Source of the DNA: Candidatus Multivorans azotirespirans
GTDB taxonomy: Bacteria; Acidobacteriota; Thermoanaerobaculia; Multivoradales; Multivoraceae
DNA length: 64,000 nucleotides
NCBI GenBank assembly: GCA_027493095.1
Contig: JAPVXD010000198.1
Location: 30,253 to 94,252, forward strand
Direction of reading: 5' to 3'
Shown: positions 56,640 to 64,000 of the stretch, piece after piece
Numbering within the stretch: the stretch's first letter is position 1
How the letters are laid out: the number at the start of each line of letters is the position of its first letter
Made by a program: the position numbers and the translations under genes
The notes under the pieces: generated by a model
Seen by the model: only the letters and a program-made list of their open reading frames with translations
Told to the model about the DNA's origin: nothing
The model's database searches: none

Positions 56640-57452
56640 ATGACGGCGAGGATCCACGACACGGCGATCGTCGATCGCTCGGCCGAGCTGGGCGACGGCG
56701 TGGTCGTCGGCGCCTACGCGGTGATCGGGTCCGGCGTTCAGATCGGCGACGACACGGAGATCAGCTCGCACGCGACGATCCTCGGCGACACGGTCATGGG
56801 ACGGGCCAACCGGGTCTTCCCCTACGCCGCGATCGGATTCGACCCGCAGGACCTCAAGTACGAGGGCGAGTCGAGCCGGCTCGTGATCGGCGACGGCAAC
56901 CAGTTCCGCGAGTTCTCGACGATCAACCGGGGTACCGCGTTCGGCGGCGGCATCACGCGGATCGGCGACGACAACCTGTTCATGACGCAGACCCACGTCG
57001 GCCACGACAGTCAGGTCGGCAGCCGAACGGTGTTCACGAACGGCGGCACCCTGGCCGGCCACGTGGAGGTCGAGGACGACGCCACGATCGGTGCCTTCTC
57101 GGCGGTCCACCAGTTCTGTCGGGTGGGTCGGCATGCCTACATCGGCGGCTACTCCGTGATCACGATGGACGCGCTGCCGTTCTGCATCACGGTGGGGATC
57201 AAGCCGGCCTGCATGGGCGTGAACCGCATCGGACTCGAGCGCAAGGGCAAGTCGGCGGAGGACATCCGATCGATCGAGAGGGCCGTGCGGGTGCTCACCC
57301 GCTCGCGGAGGAACACGACCCAGGCGCTGGAGGAGCTCGACGCCGAGCATGCCGGCCACGCGGACGTCGATGCCCTGATCGCCTTCATCAGGAGTTCCGA
57401 CCGGGGCTTCATCCGCTCGGCGCGGCGCGGTTCCCGCGGCGCCCGCTCGTGA
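56640..57452 (+). CDS. lpxA: Acyl-ACP--UDP-N-acetylglucosamine O-acyltransferase LpxA
   Basis: IHDTAIVD start, hexapeptide repeats, GDDNLFMTQTHVGHD, GLERKG. Confidence 0.9.
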   Translation: MTARIHDTAIVDRSAELGDGVVVGAYAVIGSGVQIGDDTEISSHATILGDTVMGRANRVFPYAAIGFDPQDLKYEGESSRLVIGDGNQFREFSTINRGTAFGGGITRIGDDNLFMTQTHVGHDSQVGSRTVFTNGGTLAGHVEVEDDATIGAFSAVHQFCRVGRHAYIGGYSVITMDALPFCITVGIKPACMGVNRIGLERKGKSAEDIRSIERAVRVLTRSRRNTTQALEELDAEHAGHADVDALIAFIRSSDRGFIRSARRGSRGARS

Positions 57453-57468
57453 AGGACGGGAGTTCGCC

Positions 57469-58455
57469 CTGAGCGCGGAAGCTCAGGTTCGGGCCGCCGT
57501 CGTCGGCGCCGGCGCGATGGGACGCCACCACGTCCGTCTGCTGTCTCGCCTGCTGGGGCCCGACTCGGTGTTCGTGGTCGACGCGGATCCGGCGCGGGCG
57601 GAACACGCCGCGCTCGAGCATGGGGCGTCGGTCGCGGCCGGGATCGACGAGGTCCTGAACGCGGTGGACGTCGCCGTCGTCGCCGTGCCGACGGTCGACC
57701 ACCTGGAGGTTTCGGCGCGTCTGATCGAGGCCGATGTTCACGTGCTGGTGGAGAAGCCGATCGCGGCGGATCTCGACCTGGCGGATGCCATGATCGCGGC
57801 GGCTGCGTCGCGCGGCGTCGTCCTGGCGGTGGGGCATGTCGAGTTCTACAATCCGGCCGTTCAGCAAGTGCTGGCGCTGGGGCTCGAGCCCCGCTTCGTC
57901 GAAGTCGAACGGATGTCGCCGTTCAGCCCGCGCAGCCTGGATGTGGACGTTGTCCTTGACCTGATGATTCACGACCTGCAGATCCTCCACGCCCTCGACC
58001 CGAGTCCGGTGCGAGAGGTGCGGGCCGTGGGGATCGACGTCCTTTCGGACCGGGTCGACATCGCCGACGCGCGGATCGAACTCGAGTCCGGTTGCGTGGC
58101 GAACCTGACCGCTTCCCGCGTCTCGGCCGACCGCGTGCGCCAGTTGCGGGTCTTCTTCGAGGATCGCTACTTCTCGCTCGACTACCAGAAGCAGACGGTG
58201 CGGGGGGCGCGGCGCGTGCGCGGTGAAGAGAACGCGCCCGGCGGAGACTCCGTGTCCGCCGGCGGGCCGGCGGGCCGGATCCTCGCCGCCGATCTCGAGG
58301 TCGACGGCGGCGAGCCGCTGCGGCTCGAGCTCGAGGGGTTTCTCGACCGCTGTGCCGGCGGCGGGGCGCCGTTCGTCGACGGCGCGGCGGGCCGGCGGGC
58401 GCTGGAGACGGCCCTGCTCGTGAACTCGACGATAGCCGGGAGCGCCGGCGCATGA
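57469..58455 (+). CDS. Gfo/Idh/MocA family oxidoreductase (possibly GnnA-like, given its position after lpxA); probable CTG start
   Basis: The Rossmann motif AAVVGAGAMGRHH is encoded upstream of the first ATG (57517). The only start-like codon after the in-frame stop at 57376-57378 is the CTG at 57469, which has GGAG 6 nt upstream. Confidence 0.65.
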   Translation: MSAEAQVRAAVVGAGAMGRHHVRLLSRLLGPDSVFVVDADPARAEHAALEHGASVAAGIDEVLNAVDVAVVAVPTVDHLEVSARLIEADVHVLVEKPIAADLDLADAMIAAAASRGVVLAVGHVEFYNPAVQQVLALGLEPRFVEVERMSPFSPRSLDVDVVLDLMIHDLQILHALDPSPVREVRAVGIDVLSDRVDIADARIELESGCVANLTASRVSADRVRQLRVFFEDRYFSLDYQKQTVRGARRVRGEENAPGGDSVSAGGPAGRILAADLEVDGGEPLRLELEGFLDRCAGGGAPFVDGAAGRRALETALLVNSTIAGSAGA

Positions 58456-59345
58456 GCGTTGACACTTACCCGATCGGGATCATCGGCGGCTCCGGTCTCT
58501 ACGGCATGGAGGAGCTCGACGTTCACGAGGAACGGGCGATCGCGACGCCGTTCGGAAGTCCGTCGGAGGTCTTCGTGCTCGGTGAACTCAGGGGCCGCCC
58601 CGTCGCCTTCCTGGCCCGGCACGGCCGCGGTCACCGCATCCTGCCCAGCGAACTGAACTTCCGCGCCAACATTTTTGCCTTCAAGAGCCTGGGCGTGGAG
58701 CGGCTGATCTCGCTCTCCGCGGTCGGCTCGCTGCGGCGGCGCTACCAGCCGACCCACATCGTGGTGCCGGACCAGTTCATCGACCGCACGCGGCACCGTC
58801 CGGATACTTTCTTCGGTAACGGGCTGGCGGCCCACGTCGCCTTCGCCGATCCGATCTGTCCGCTGCTGATGGAGGTCTGCGCCGACCAGGCGGCCGCGGC
58901 CGGCGCGGTGGTCCATCGCGGCGGAATCTACGTGTGCATGGAGGGGCCTCAGTTCTCGACTCGCGCCGAGTCCTTCATGCACAGGAGTTGGGGCGCGGAC
59001 GTGATCGGAATGACGAACCTGCAGGAGGCCAAGCTCGCCCGCGAGGCGGAGATCTGCTACGCGACCCTGGCCCTCATTACGGACTACGACTGCTGGCACG
59101 AGGAGGAAGAGGACGTGACGGTCGAGGCCGTGCTCGCGGTCCTGCGGCAGAACGCGCGCACCGCCCAGGCCGCGGTTGCCAGGATCGTCGAGTCCTTGCC
59201 GGAAGAGCGCCGGCCCGGAGCGTGTCCCTGCATCAATGCGCTGGAGCACGCCCTGATCACCGATCCGGCGGTCGTTCCGGCGTCCGTTCTGCGCGATCTG
59301 GCGCCGATTGTCGGTCGCCTACTCGGCAACGGTCGCGACCGATGA
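58452..59345 (+). CDS. mtnP: S-methyl-5'-thioadenosine phosphorylase
   Basis: IGIIGGSGLY, FLARHGRGH, MEGPQFST, VIGMTN. Confidence 0.9.
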   Translation: MSVDTYPIGIIGGSGLYGMEELDVHEERAIATPFGSPSEVFVLGELRGRPVAFLARHGRGHRILPSELNFRANIFAFKSLGVERLISLSAVGSLRRRYQPTHIVVPDQFIDRTRHRPDTFFGNGLAAHVAFADPICPLLMEVCADQAAAAGAVVHRGGIYVCMEGPQFSTRAESFMHRSWGADVIGMTNLQEAKLAREAEICYATLALITDYDCWHEEEEDVTVEAVLAVLRQNARTAQAAVARIVESLPEERRPGACPCINALEHALITDPAVVPASVLRDLAPIVGRLLGNGRDR

Positions 59346-60124
59346 GTGCCGCCAGACTTCTCCTGACGAATGACGACGGCGTTGACGCGCCGGGTCTGCG
59401 CAGCCTCGCCGCGGCGCTCGACGGAGCGTCGACCGCCAGGGGACCGATCACCTACGATGTGGTGGCCCCGGAGCGCGAGCAAAGCGGTTGCAGCCAGGCG
59501 CTGACCCTGTTCCGGCCGCTGCGCGCGAAGCGGGTGCGGGAGGGCTGGTTCGCGGTGGACGGGACGCCCTCCGATTGCGTCAACCTGGCGGTTCACTCGC
59601 TGCTGGAGCAGCGTCCCGATCTGCTCGTGTCGGGGGTCAACATGGGGGTCAACCTGGGTGACGACGTGACCCACAGCGGCACGGTGGGCGCGGCGCTCGA
59701 GGGACGGCTCGCAGGCGTGCCGGCAGTCGCGTTCTCCCAGGAGTACCGGAAGGCCCGCCGCGCCGACATGGAACGCGCCGCGGCGCTGGCCGCCCGGGCG
59801 ATCGTCTCGCTCGTCGAGCAGGGAATTCCCGAGCGCCTGCTGCTCAACGTGAACTTCCCGTTCGACCCGCCCCGCGGGGTCAGGGTCGCGCGACTCGGCC
59901 GGCGGCCCTACCGCAACACGGTCGTCGAACAGGCGGATCCGCGGGGCGGCACGATGTACTGGATCGTCGGCAAGCCGGACCCGGAGCGCCGGCAAGACAC
60001 GGATGCGGCCGCGATCAGGGACGGCTTCATCTCGATCACGCCGCTTACCGCCGACCTGACCGACGGCGAGTCGCTCGACGCCGGCGACGGATTTCTGCCT
60101 GGTCTCGCGGGAGCCCTGGGTTGA
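59342..60124 (+). CDS. surE: 5'/3'-nucleotidase SurE
   Basis: ATGA overlap with mtnP. LLLTNDDGVDAPGL, SGVNMGVNLG, HSGTVGAA. Confidence 0.9.
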   Translation: MSAARLLLTNDDGVDAPGLRSLAAALDGASTARGPITYDVVAPEREQSGCSQALTLFRPLRAKRVREGWFAVDGTPSDCVNLAVHSLLEQRPDLLVSGVNMGVNLGDDVTHSGTVGAALEGRLAGVPAVAFSQEYRKARRADMERAAALAARAIVSLVEQGIPERLLLNVNFPFDPPRGVRVARLGRRPYRNTVVEQADPRGGTMYWIVGKPDPERRQDTDAAAIRDGFISITPLTADLTDGESLDAGDGFLPGLAGALG

Positions 60125-60810
60125 AGACGGAAACGGCCGGTCCGGGCGGTGGATACCCCTACGCCCGCCGCCGCATGGTGGCGAACCTGGTCGAACGCGG
60201 CGGTCTGCGGGACGAGCGGGTGATCGCCGCTTTCGAGCGGGTGCCGCGCCACCTGTTCGTGCCCGAGCATCTGGTCAATGACGCGTATGGCGACCACGCG
60301 CTACCGATCGGTTGCGAGCAGACGATCTCCCAGCCCTACGTGGTGGCGCGCATGACCGAGGATCTGGGCGTGCGGGAGGACGACTCCGTGCTGGAGATCG
60401 GCACCGGCTCCGGCTACCAGACGGCGATCCTCGCTTTGCTGGCGCACCGGATCTACAGCATTGAGCGGGTGGGCCGGTTGGCGCGCGAGGCGATCGGCCG
60501 GATCCAGGCCCTCGAGCTGCCGAACGTCAAGGTTCAGGTCTTCGACGGCACGGTCGGCTGGAGCGCCGAAGCCCCATTCGACCGGATCCTCGTGGCCGCC
60601 GCCGCGCCGCGAGTTCCGGACTCACTCCTCGAACAACTGGCGCCGGGCGGGCGTCTTGTGATCCCTGAGGGCGACCGCCACGAACAGCGCCTGGTCGCCT
60701 ACGAGAAGCACGACAACGGCACCGTCGCTCGCGAGCTCGGCGAAGCGGTGCGCTTCGTGCCGCTGATCGGCCGTCACGGTTGGAAGACGAAGGCCGAGGC
60801 GGCCCAGTAA
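60121..60810 (+). CDS. pcm: Protein-L-isoaspartate O-methyltransferase
   Basis: VPRHLFVP, TISQPYVVA, VLEIGTGSGYQTA. The TTG at 60121 overlaps the surE stop; the alternative start is the ATG at 60175. Confidence 0.9.
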   Translation: MKTETAGPGGGYPYARRRMVANLVERGGLRDERVIAAFERVPRHLFVPEHLVNDAYGDHALPIGCEQTISQPYVVARMTEDLGVREDDSVLEIGTGSGYQTAILALLAHRIYSIERVGRLAREAIGRIQALELPNVKVQVFDGTVGWSAEAPFDRILVAAAAPRVPDSLLEQLAPGGRLVIPEGDRHEQRLVAYEKHDNGTVARELGEAVRFVPLIGRHGWKTKAEAAQ

Positions 60811-60825
60811 CGCGGAGGGGCGGAC

Positions 60826-61377
60826 ATGAGGGATGATCCGGCCGGGGCCAAGGATCCGGCGAAGTGGCTGAAGGAACGGATCCGCGAAGTTCCCGACTTT
60901 CCGAAACCGGGCATTCTGTACAAGGACATCACGACGCTGCTCAAGGACCCGGCGGCGCTGCGCGAGACCGCCGACCGGCTCGCGGAGCGGTTCGCCGGCC
61001 GGCGCATCGAGCAGGTGGTGGGAATCGAGGCGCGGGGCTTCATCTTCGGTCCCCTCGTGGCGAACCGGCTGAACGTGGGTTTCGTGCCCGTGCGCAAACC
61101 GGGGAAGCTGCCGGCCGAGACGGCTTCGCGCAGCTACGAGCTCGAGTACGGCCGCGACACCCTGGAGGTGCATCTCGACGGCGTCGCCGGTGGCGAGCGC
61201 GTCGTCCTGGTCGACGACCTGCTGGCGACGGGCGGCACCGCGAAGGCGGCGGCGGAGCTCATCGAGTCCGTCGGCGGAACGGTCGACGCGATCGGATTCG
61301 TCGTCGAGTTGACCTACCTGGACGGCCGCCGCCGGCTCGATGGATACGACGTGGTTGAATCCCTGGTCCGATACTGA
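60826..61377 (+). CDS. apt: Adenine phosphoribosyltransferase
   Basis: [12 protein letters not shown], and the PRPP motif [14 protein letters not shown]. Confidence 0.9.
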   Translation: MRDDPAGAKDPAKWLKERIREVPDFPKPGILYKDITTLLKDPAALRETADRLAERFAGRRIEQVVGIEARGFIFGPLVANRLNVGFVPVRKPGKLPAETASRSYELEYGRDTLEVHLDGVAGGERVVLVDDLLATGGTAKAAAELIESVGGTVDAIGFVVELTYLDGRRRLDGYDVVESLVRY

Positions 61378-61412
61378 GATCCTTCGACGGTCGTCGCGGC
61401 GGCGGTTCCAGA

Positions 61413-61489
61413 GCGCCTGTAGCTCAGCCGGATAGAGCGGCGGATTCCTAATCCGCAGGTCGGAGGTTCGAGTCCTCCCAGGCGCACCA
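61413..61489 (+). tRNA. tRNA-Arg (anticodon CCT), CCA encoded
   Basis: Folded by hand. Acceptor stem GCGCCTG/CAGGCGC, D arm GCTC-AGCCGGATA-GAGC, anticodon arm GCGGA-TTCCTAA-TCCGC, variable loop AGGTC, T arm GGAGG-TTCGAGT-CCTCC, discriminator A, then CCA. Confidence 0.9.
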
Positions 61490-61510
61490 CAAACGCGCCG
61501 CGCCTCGCTA

Positions 61511-61696
61511 CTACTCTTCGATCTCGCGCTTGGGCTTGTCCTCGGCCTCGTCCTCGTCCGGTCCCTTCAGGCCCTGCTTGAAGTTGCGGATGCCGCTGCC
61601 CAGGCCGCCCGCCAGCTTCGGAATGCGGCTGGCGCCGAAGATCAGGACGACGATCGCGAGAACGATCAGGAGTTCGCCGAATCCCAGGGTGGGCAT
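61511..61696 (-). CDS. tatA: Twin-arginine translocase subunit TatA/TatE
   Basis: Trimmed to MPTLGFGELLIVLAIVVLIFGASRIPKLAGGLGSGIRNFK... (61 aa). This is the classic TatA TM-hinge-amphipathic helix layout. Confidence 0.85.
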   Translation of the reverse strand: MPTLGFGELLIVLAIVVLIFGASRIPKLAGGLGSGIRNFKQGLKGPDEDEAEDKPKREIEE

Positions 61697-61796
61697 CTTG
61701 AGTGCTCCAGTGGTTTGTTTAGCCGGCCCCCTTCGCTGCCGGGGCCGTTGGCCAAGTCTGCCACACGGTCGCTCGAGTCGCGGGCATGCCGTTCTG

Positions 61797-61920
61797 GCTT
61801 GCATGGAACCGGCCGCCCGACAAGGAGCCGGCCTTGCGGCCGGCGCGTCTCCCTGGCCGCCTTCGGCGGCAGCCGGCGGGGACGCCGGCGCACCCAGTGG
61901 GCGGCCAGTTCCATGCAAGC
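61797..61920. repeat. 124-nt structured intergenic element: 21-nt inverted repeat arms (20/21 match) enclosing three GC hairpins and the reverse-complement copy of the 27-mer repeat
   Basis: Read directly: gcttgcatggaaccggccgcc at 61797-61817 pairs with ggcggccagttccatgcaagc at 61900-61920. The 27-mer lies at 61872-61898. Confidence 0.7.
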
Positions 61921-61947
61921 CCGCGCTGCGAAGACGCAGCGCGGGCT
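61918..61947. other. Perfect 13-bp stem / 4-nt loop hairpin about 30 nt upstream of the YfgM-like gene
   Basis: agcccgcgctgcg-aaga-cgcagcgcgggct, read directly. No U-tract, and no gene terminates into it, so its role is unclear. Confidence 0.5.
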
Positions 61948-61979
61948 GCTAGGGTTCGCCGCGTCGGAGGAGATGCGGA

Positions 61980-62828
61980 ATGAGCCGGTTGACACGAGAC
62001 GAGATACGGCGCGACGAGGTTCGGGAGGCTGTCTTTTCGGCTTCCACGTGGTTCGCGGAGCATGTTCGACAGATCCTGATGGGCGTCGTCGCGGTGATCG
62101 CCGTGGTCGTCGGAGCCGTGCTGTTCCTGAACTACCAGGATGGCCGGGAGAAGGAGGCCAGCTACCAGCTCAGCGCGGCCCTGAAGGTCTACCGGGCGCC
62201 GATCGACGCGCCGGCGACGGACGCAATCGACGACCTGTTCGGTACGCCTCCCGACAGCGCCCCGGAGGAAAGCGTCGTGGAAGAGGCGGAGGCGCCGGAT
62301 GCCGGGAGCGAAACCGGCGGCAACGGCCTGAGCTTCGCCTCGGAGGCGGAGCGGCGCTCGGCGGCGAGGACGGAACTCGAGGCCGTGAGGGAGAGCTACG
62401 GCTCGACCTCGTCCGGCCGGCTGGCTTCCGTCTACCTCGGGCAGATCGCGGCGGCTGAAGGGGATACCGCGAAGGCGCGGGAGCTGTGGACGAGTTACCT
62501 GGAGGCCGCCGGCCGCGATCACGCGATCGCCATCGGCGTGCAGTTGAACCTCTACAGCCTGGATCGGGCCGAGGGGCGGGGCGAGGAACTGGCCGCCACG
62601 CTGCGCGGCGCGGTGGCGGCCGAATCGTCGCCGCTGCCGAAGGACGCCCTGCTGTTCGAGTTGGCCGCCACCCTGGCGCAACTCGGCGACGAAGAGGGTG
62701 CCCGGGAGACCTTCCAGCGGGTGGTCAACGAGTTCCCGGACAGCGGCTACGCGATCCGCGCCCGGCAGCAGCTCGGAGCTCGCCGCCTTCCTGATGGCCG
62801 CCGCGATGCGAGGGCTCGACCGGGATGA
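61980..62828 (+). CDS. YfgM-like membrane-anchored TPR-like protein; the C-terminal 17 codons or so overlap the phosphorylase reading frame
   Basis: GGAGG RBS lies 9 nt upstream. There is an N-terminal cytoplasmic segment, one TM (ILMGVVAVIAVVVGAVLFL), then a helical-repeat periplasmic domain ending ...EFPDSGYAIRARQQLG. Confidence 0.7.
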   Translation: MSRLTRDEIRRDEVREAVFSASTWFAEHVRQILMGVVAVIAVVVGAVLFLNYQDGREKEASYQLSAALKVYRAPIDAPATDAIDDLFGTPPDSAPEESVVEEAEAPDAGSETGGNGLSFASEAERRSAARTELEAVRESYGSTSSGRLASVYLGQIAAAEGDTAKARELWTSYLEAAGRDHAIAIGVQLNLYSLDRAEGRGEELAATLRGAVAAESSPLPKDALLFELAATLAQLGDEEGARETFQRVVNEFPDSGYAIRARQQLGARRLPDGRRDARARPG

Positions 62829-63930
62829 AACGCGGGAGCTGACCCTGGCGATGCTCGAGTCCGGCGACCAGTGGGCCCTGGCGAAGGACTTCGGTCCCCT
62901 GGTCGACAAGCACTCCACCGGCGGCGTCGGCGACACGGTCAGTCTGATCGCTTTGCCGCTGCTGGCCTCCTGCGGCGTACCGGCGGCCAAGCTGACGGGC
63001 CGGGCCCTGGGGCACAGCGGCGGCACCGCCGACAAGCTCGAGAGCATCCCCGGCGTCCGCCTGGAGCTCGACCGCGCCGGCACCCTCGACCTGCTGGACC
63101 GCTTCGGCATGGCGATCGGCATCGCCACCGCCGGCATCGCACCCGCCGACAAACGTCTTTACGGCCTGCGGGATCGCACCTCGACCGTGAGTTCCATTCC
63201 CCTCGTCGTCGGCAGCATTCTGTCCAAGAAACTGGCGCTCGGAGCGTCCGGGATCGTGTTCGACGTGAAGAGCGGTAACGGCGCCTTCTTCCCCGACGCG
63301 CGCGACACGCGCTCGCTGGCCTCGAGCCTCGTCGAGATCAGCGCCGCTTGCGGCACGCCGGCCGACTACGTCCTGAGCGACATGAACCAGCCCCTGGGTC
63401 GCTGGGTTGGCCACGCGGCCGAAGTGAGGGAAGCGCTGGATTGCCTCGCCGGCGACGGCGACCCGCGGTTGCTCGAGGTGGTGACCGCGATCTGCGGCAA
63501 GGCTGCCCGCCTGGTAGGAAAGAAACTCCTGCCGCGGGAGATCGAGGCTGCGATCGCTTCCGGCGACGCCCGGCAGAAGCTCCTCGACTGGGCCGACGCG
63601 CAGGGCGCCAGGTCCGGCTGGGTCGACTCCCTCGACCTGGCGCCGGTCGAAGCCGTCGTCACCGCCTCCGGGTCGGGGTTCCTCGCAGCCGTCGACTGCC
63701 GCCGTATCGGCAACGCCTTCGCCAACGCGTGCCGCCCGAACCGGGACCCGAACAGCATCGACCACGCCGTCGCGCTCCGCTACGACGTCCGGCTTGGCCA
63801 GAAAGTGGAACGCGGCCAGGAACTGGCGCGCCTCTACGTGCGCCGCGATCCTGAACCGCTGCAGCGCGAGGTCGCCGCGGCGCTCGTCATCGGTGACCAG
63901 ATCGAAGCGCCCCCGCCGGTAGTGGAGTAG
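62794..63930 (+). CDS. Thymidine / pyrimidine-nucleoside phosphorylase family protein, N-terminally truncated relative to the family (possible pseudogene)
   Basis: DKHSTGGVGD, GRALGHSGGTADKLESIPG, IAPADKRLYGLRD, SIPLVVGSILSKKLA. Homology begins at SELAAFLMAAAMRGL (62776), which corresponds to about residue 35 of E. coli DeoA. The first in-frame ATG within the homologous region is at 62794. Confidence 0.65.
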   Translation: MAAAMRGLDRDETRELTLAMLESGDQWALAKDFGPLVDKHSTGGVGDTVSLIALPLLASCGVPAAKLTGRALGHSGGTADKLESIPGVRLELDRAGTLDLLDRFGMAIGIATAGIAPADKRLYGLRDRTSTVSSIPLVVGSILSKKLALGASGIVFDVKSGNGAFFPDARDTRSLASSLVEISAACGTPADYVLSDMNQPLGRWVGHAAEVREALDCLAGDGDPRLLEVVTAICGKAARLVGKKLLPREIEAAIASGDARQKLLDWADAQGARSGWVDSLDLAPVEAVVTASGSGFLAAVDCRRIGNAFANACRPNRDPNSIDHAVALRYDVRLGQKVERGQELARLYVRRDPEPLQREVAAALVIGDQIEAPPPVVE

Positions 63931-64000
63931 CGGGGAACCGACGACGGGTGTCACTCGCCTCGCTACACTGCCGCCGGTGAAGGCTTCGATTCTCGCGGTC

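Noticed and set aside
61378-61510. tRNA-Arg as a possible integration hotspot or genomic-island boundary
   Set aside because: No integrase, excisionase or transposase-like ORF lies on either side within the window. I saw no duplicated tRNA 3' end nearby. The flanking genes (apt, tatA) are housekeeping.
62776-62781. A GAGCTC (SacI) site exactly at the yfgM-like/phosphorylase junction, which could hint at a cloning artefact
   Set aside because: A 6-bp GC-rich palindrome is expected by chance many times in DNA of this composition, and it also encodes the E-L of the conserved phosphorylase sequence. It is not evidence of engineering.
62725-63954. 409-aa minus-strand ORF
   Set aside because: Antisense to the thymidine-phosphorylase-family gene, which has the KHSTGGVGD and other family motifs.

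Overview
Very GC-rich bacterial chromosomal window. The organism is diderm: bamA, lpxD-fabZ-lpxA, lolCE/lolD and tatA are all present. I call about 50 protein genes and one tRNA-Arg(CCT). I saw no rRNA, CRISPR array, transposase or integrase.

Most of the right half (34-64 kb) is housekeeping: hisS, aspS, aroB, ftsY, ribD, ribE, lysS, a purine nucleoside phosphorylase, hpt, lolCE/lolD, clpC, bamA, the lipid A genes, mtnP, surE, pcm, apt, tatA and a thymidine-phosphorylase-family gene. The left half is accessory-like: an NPP-type phosphodiesterase with an R2lox-like protein, an MFS transporter, two vapBC toxin-antitoxin pairs, a sulfatase, an Asp/Glu racemase, a cupin, PQQ-type beta-propellers and an AddAB-like helicase-nuclease pair.

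The standout is a 14.3-kb, six-gene, translationally coupled minus-strand operon (5271-19572). Its order is ABC ATPase, then an ABC-2 permease fused to a degenerate M1-peptidase-like ectodomain, then a lipoprotein membrane-fusion adaptor, then an RND pump, then a 1605-aa single ORF, then a second ABC-2 permease. In the 1605-aa ORF a complete RND pump continues through two extra TM helices into an ABC nucleotide-binding domain, and that domain is itself interrupted by a membrane insertion. By eye, both RND paralogues lack the AcrB-type D-D/K proton-relay triad. I do not recognise this architecture as a described system.

Other oddities:
- a heme-c / PHM-like copper monooxygenase / EF-hand fusion protein
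- a bamA ORF that reads through into a Skp/OmpH-like tail
- an LpxD missing most of its N-terminal domain
- an exact 27-nt intergenic repeat at three loci
- a 5'-truncated thymidine-phosphorylase gene abutting a YfgM-like gene

Many long ORFs in the supplied track are antisense shadow ORFs typical of high-GC DNA and were rejected.
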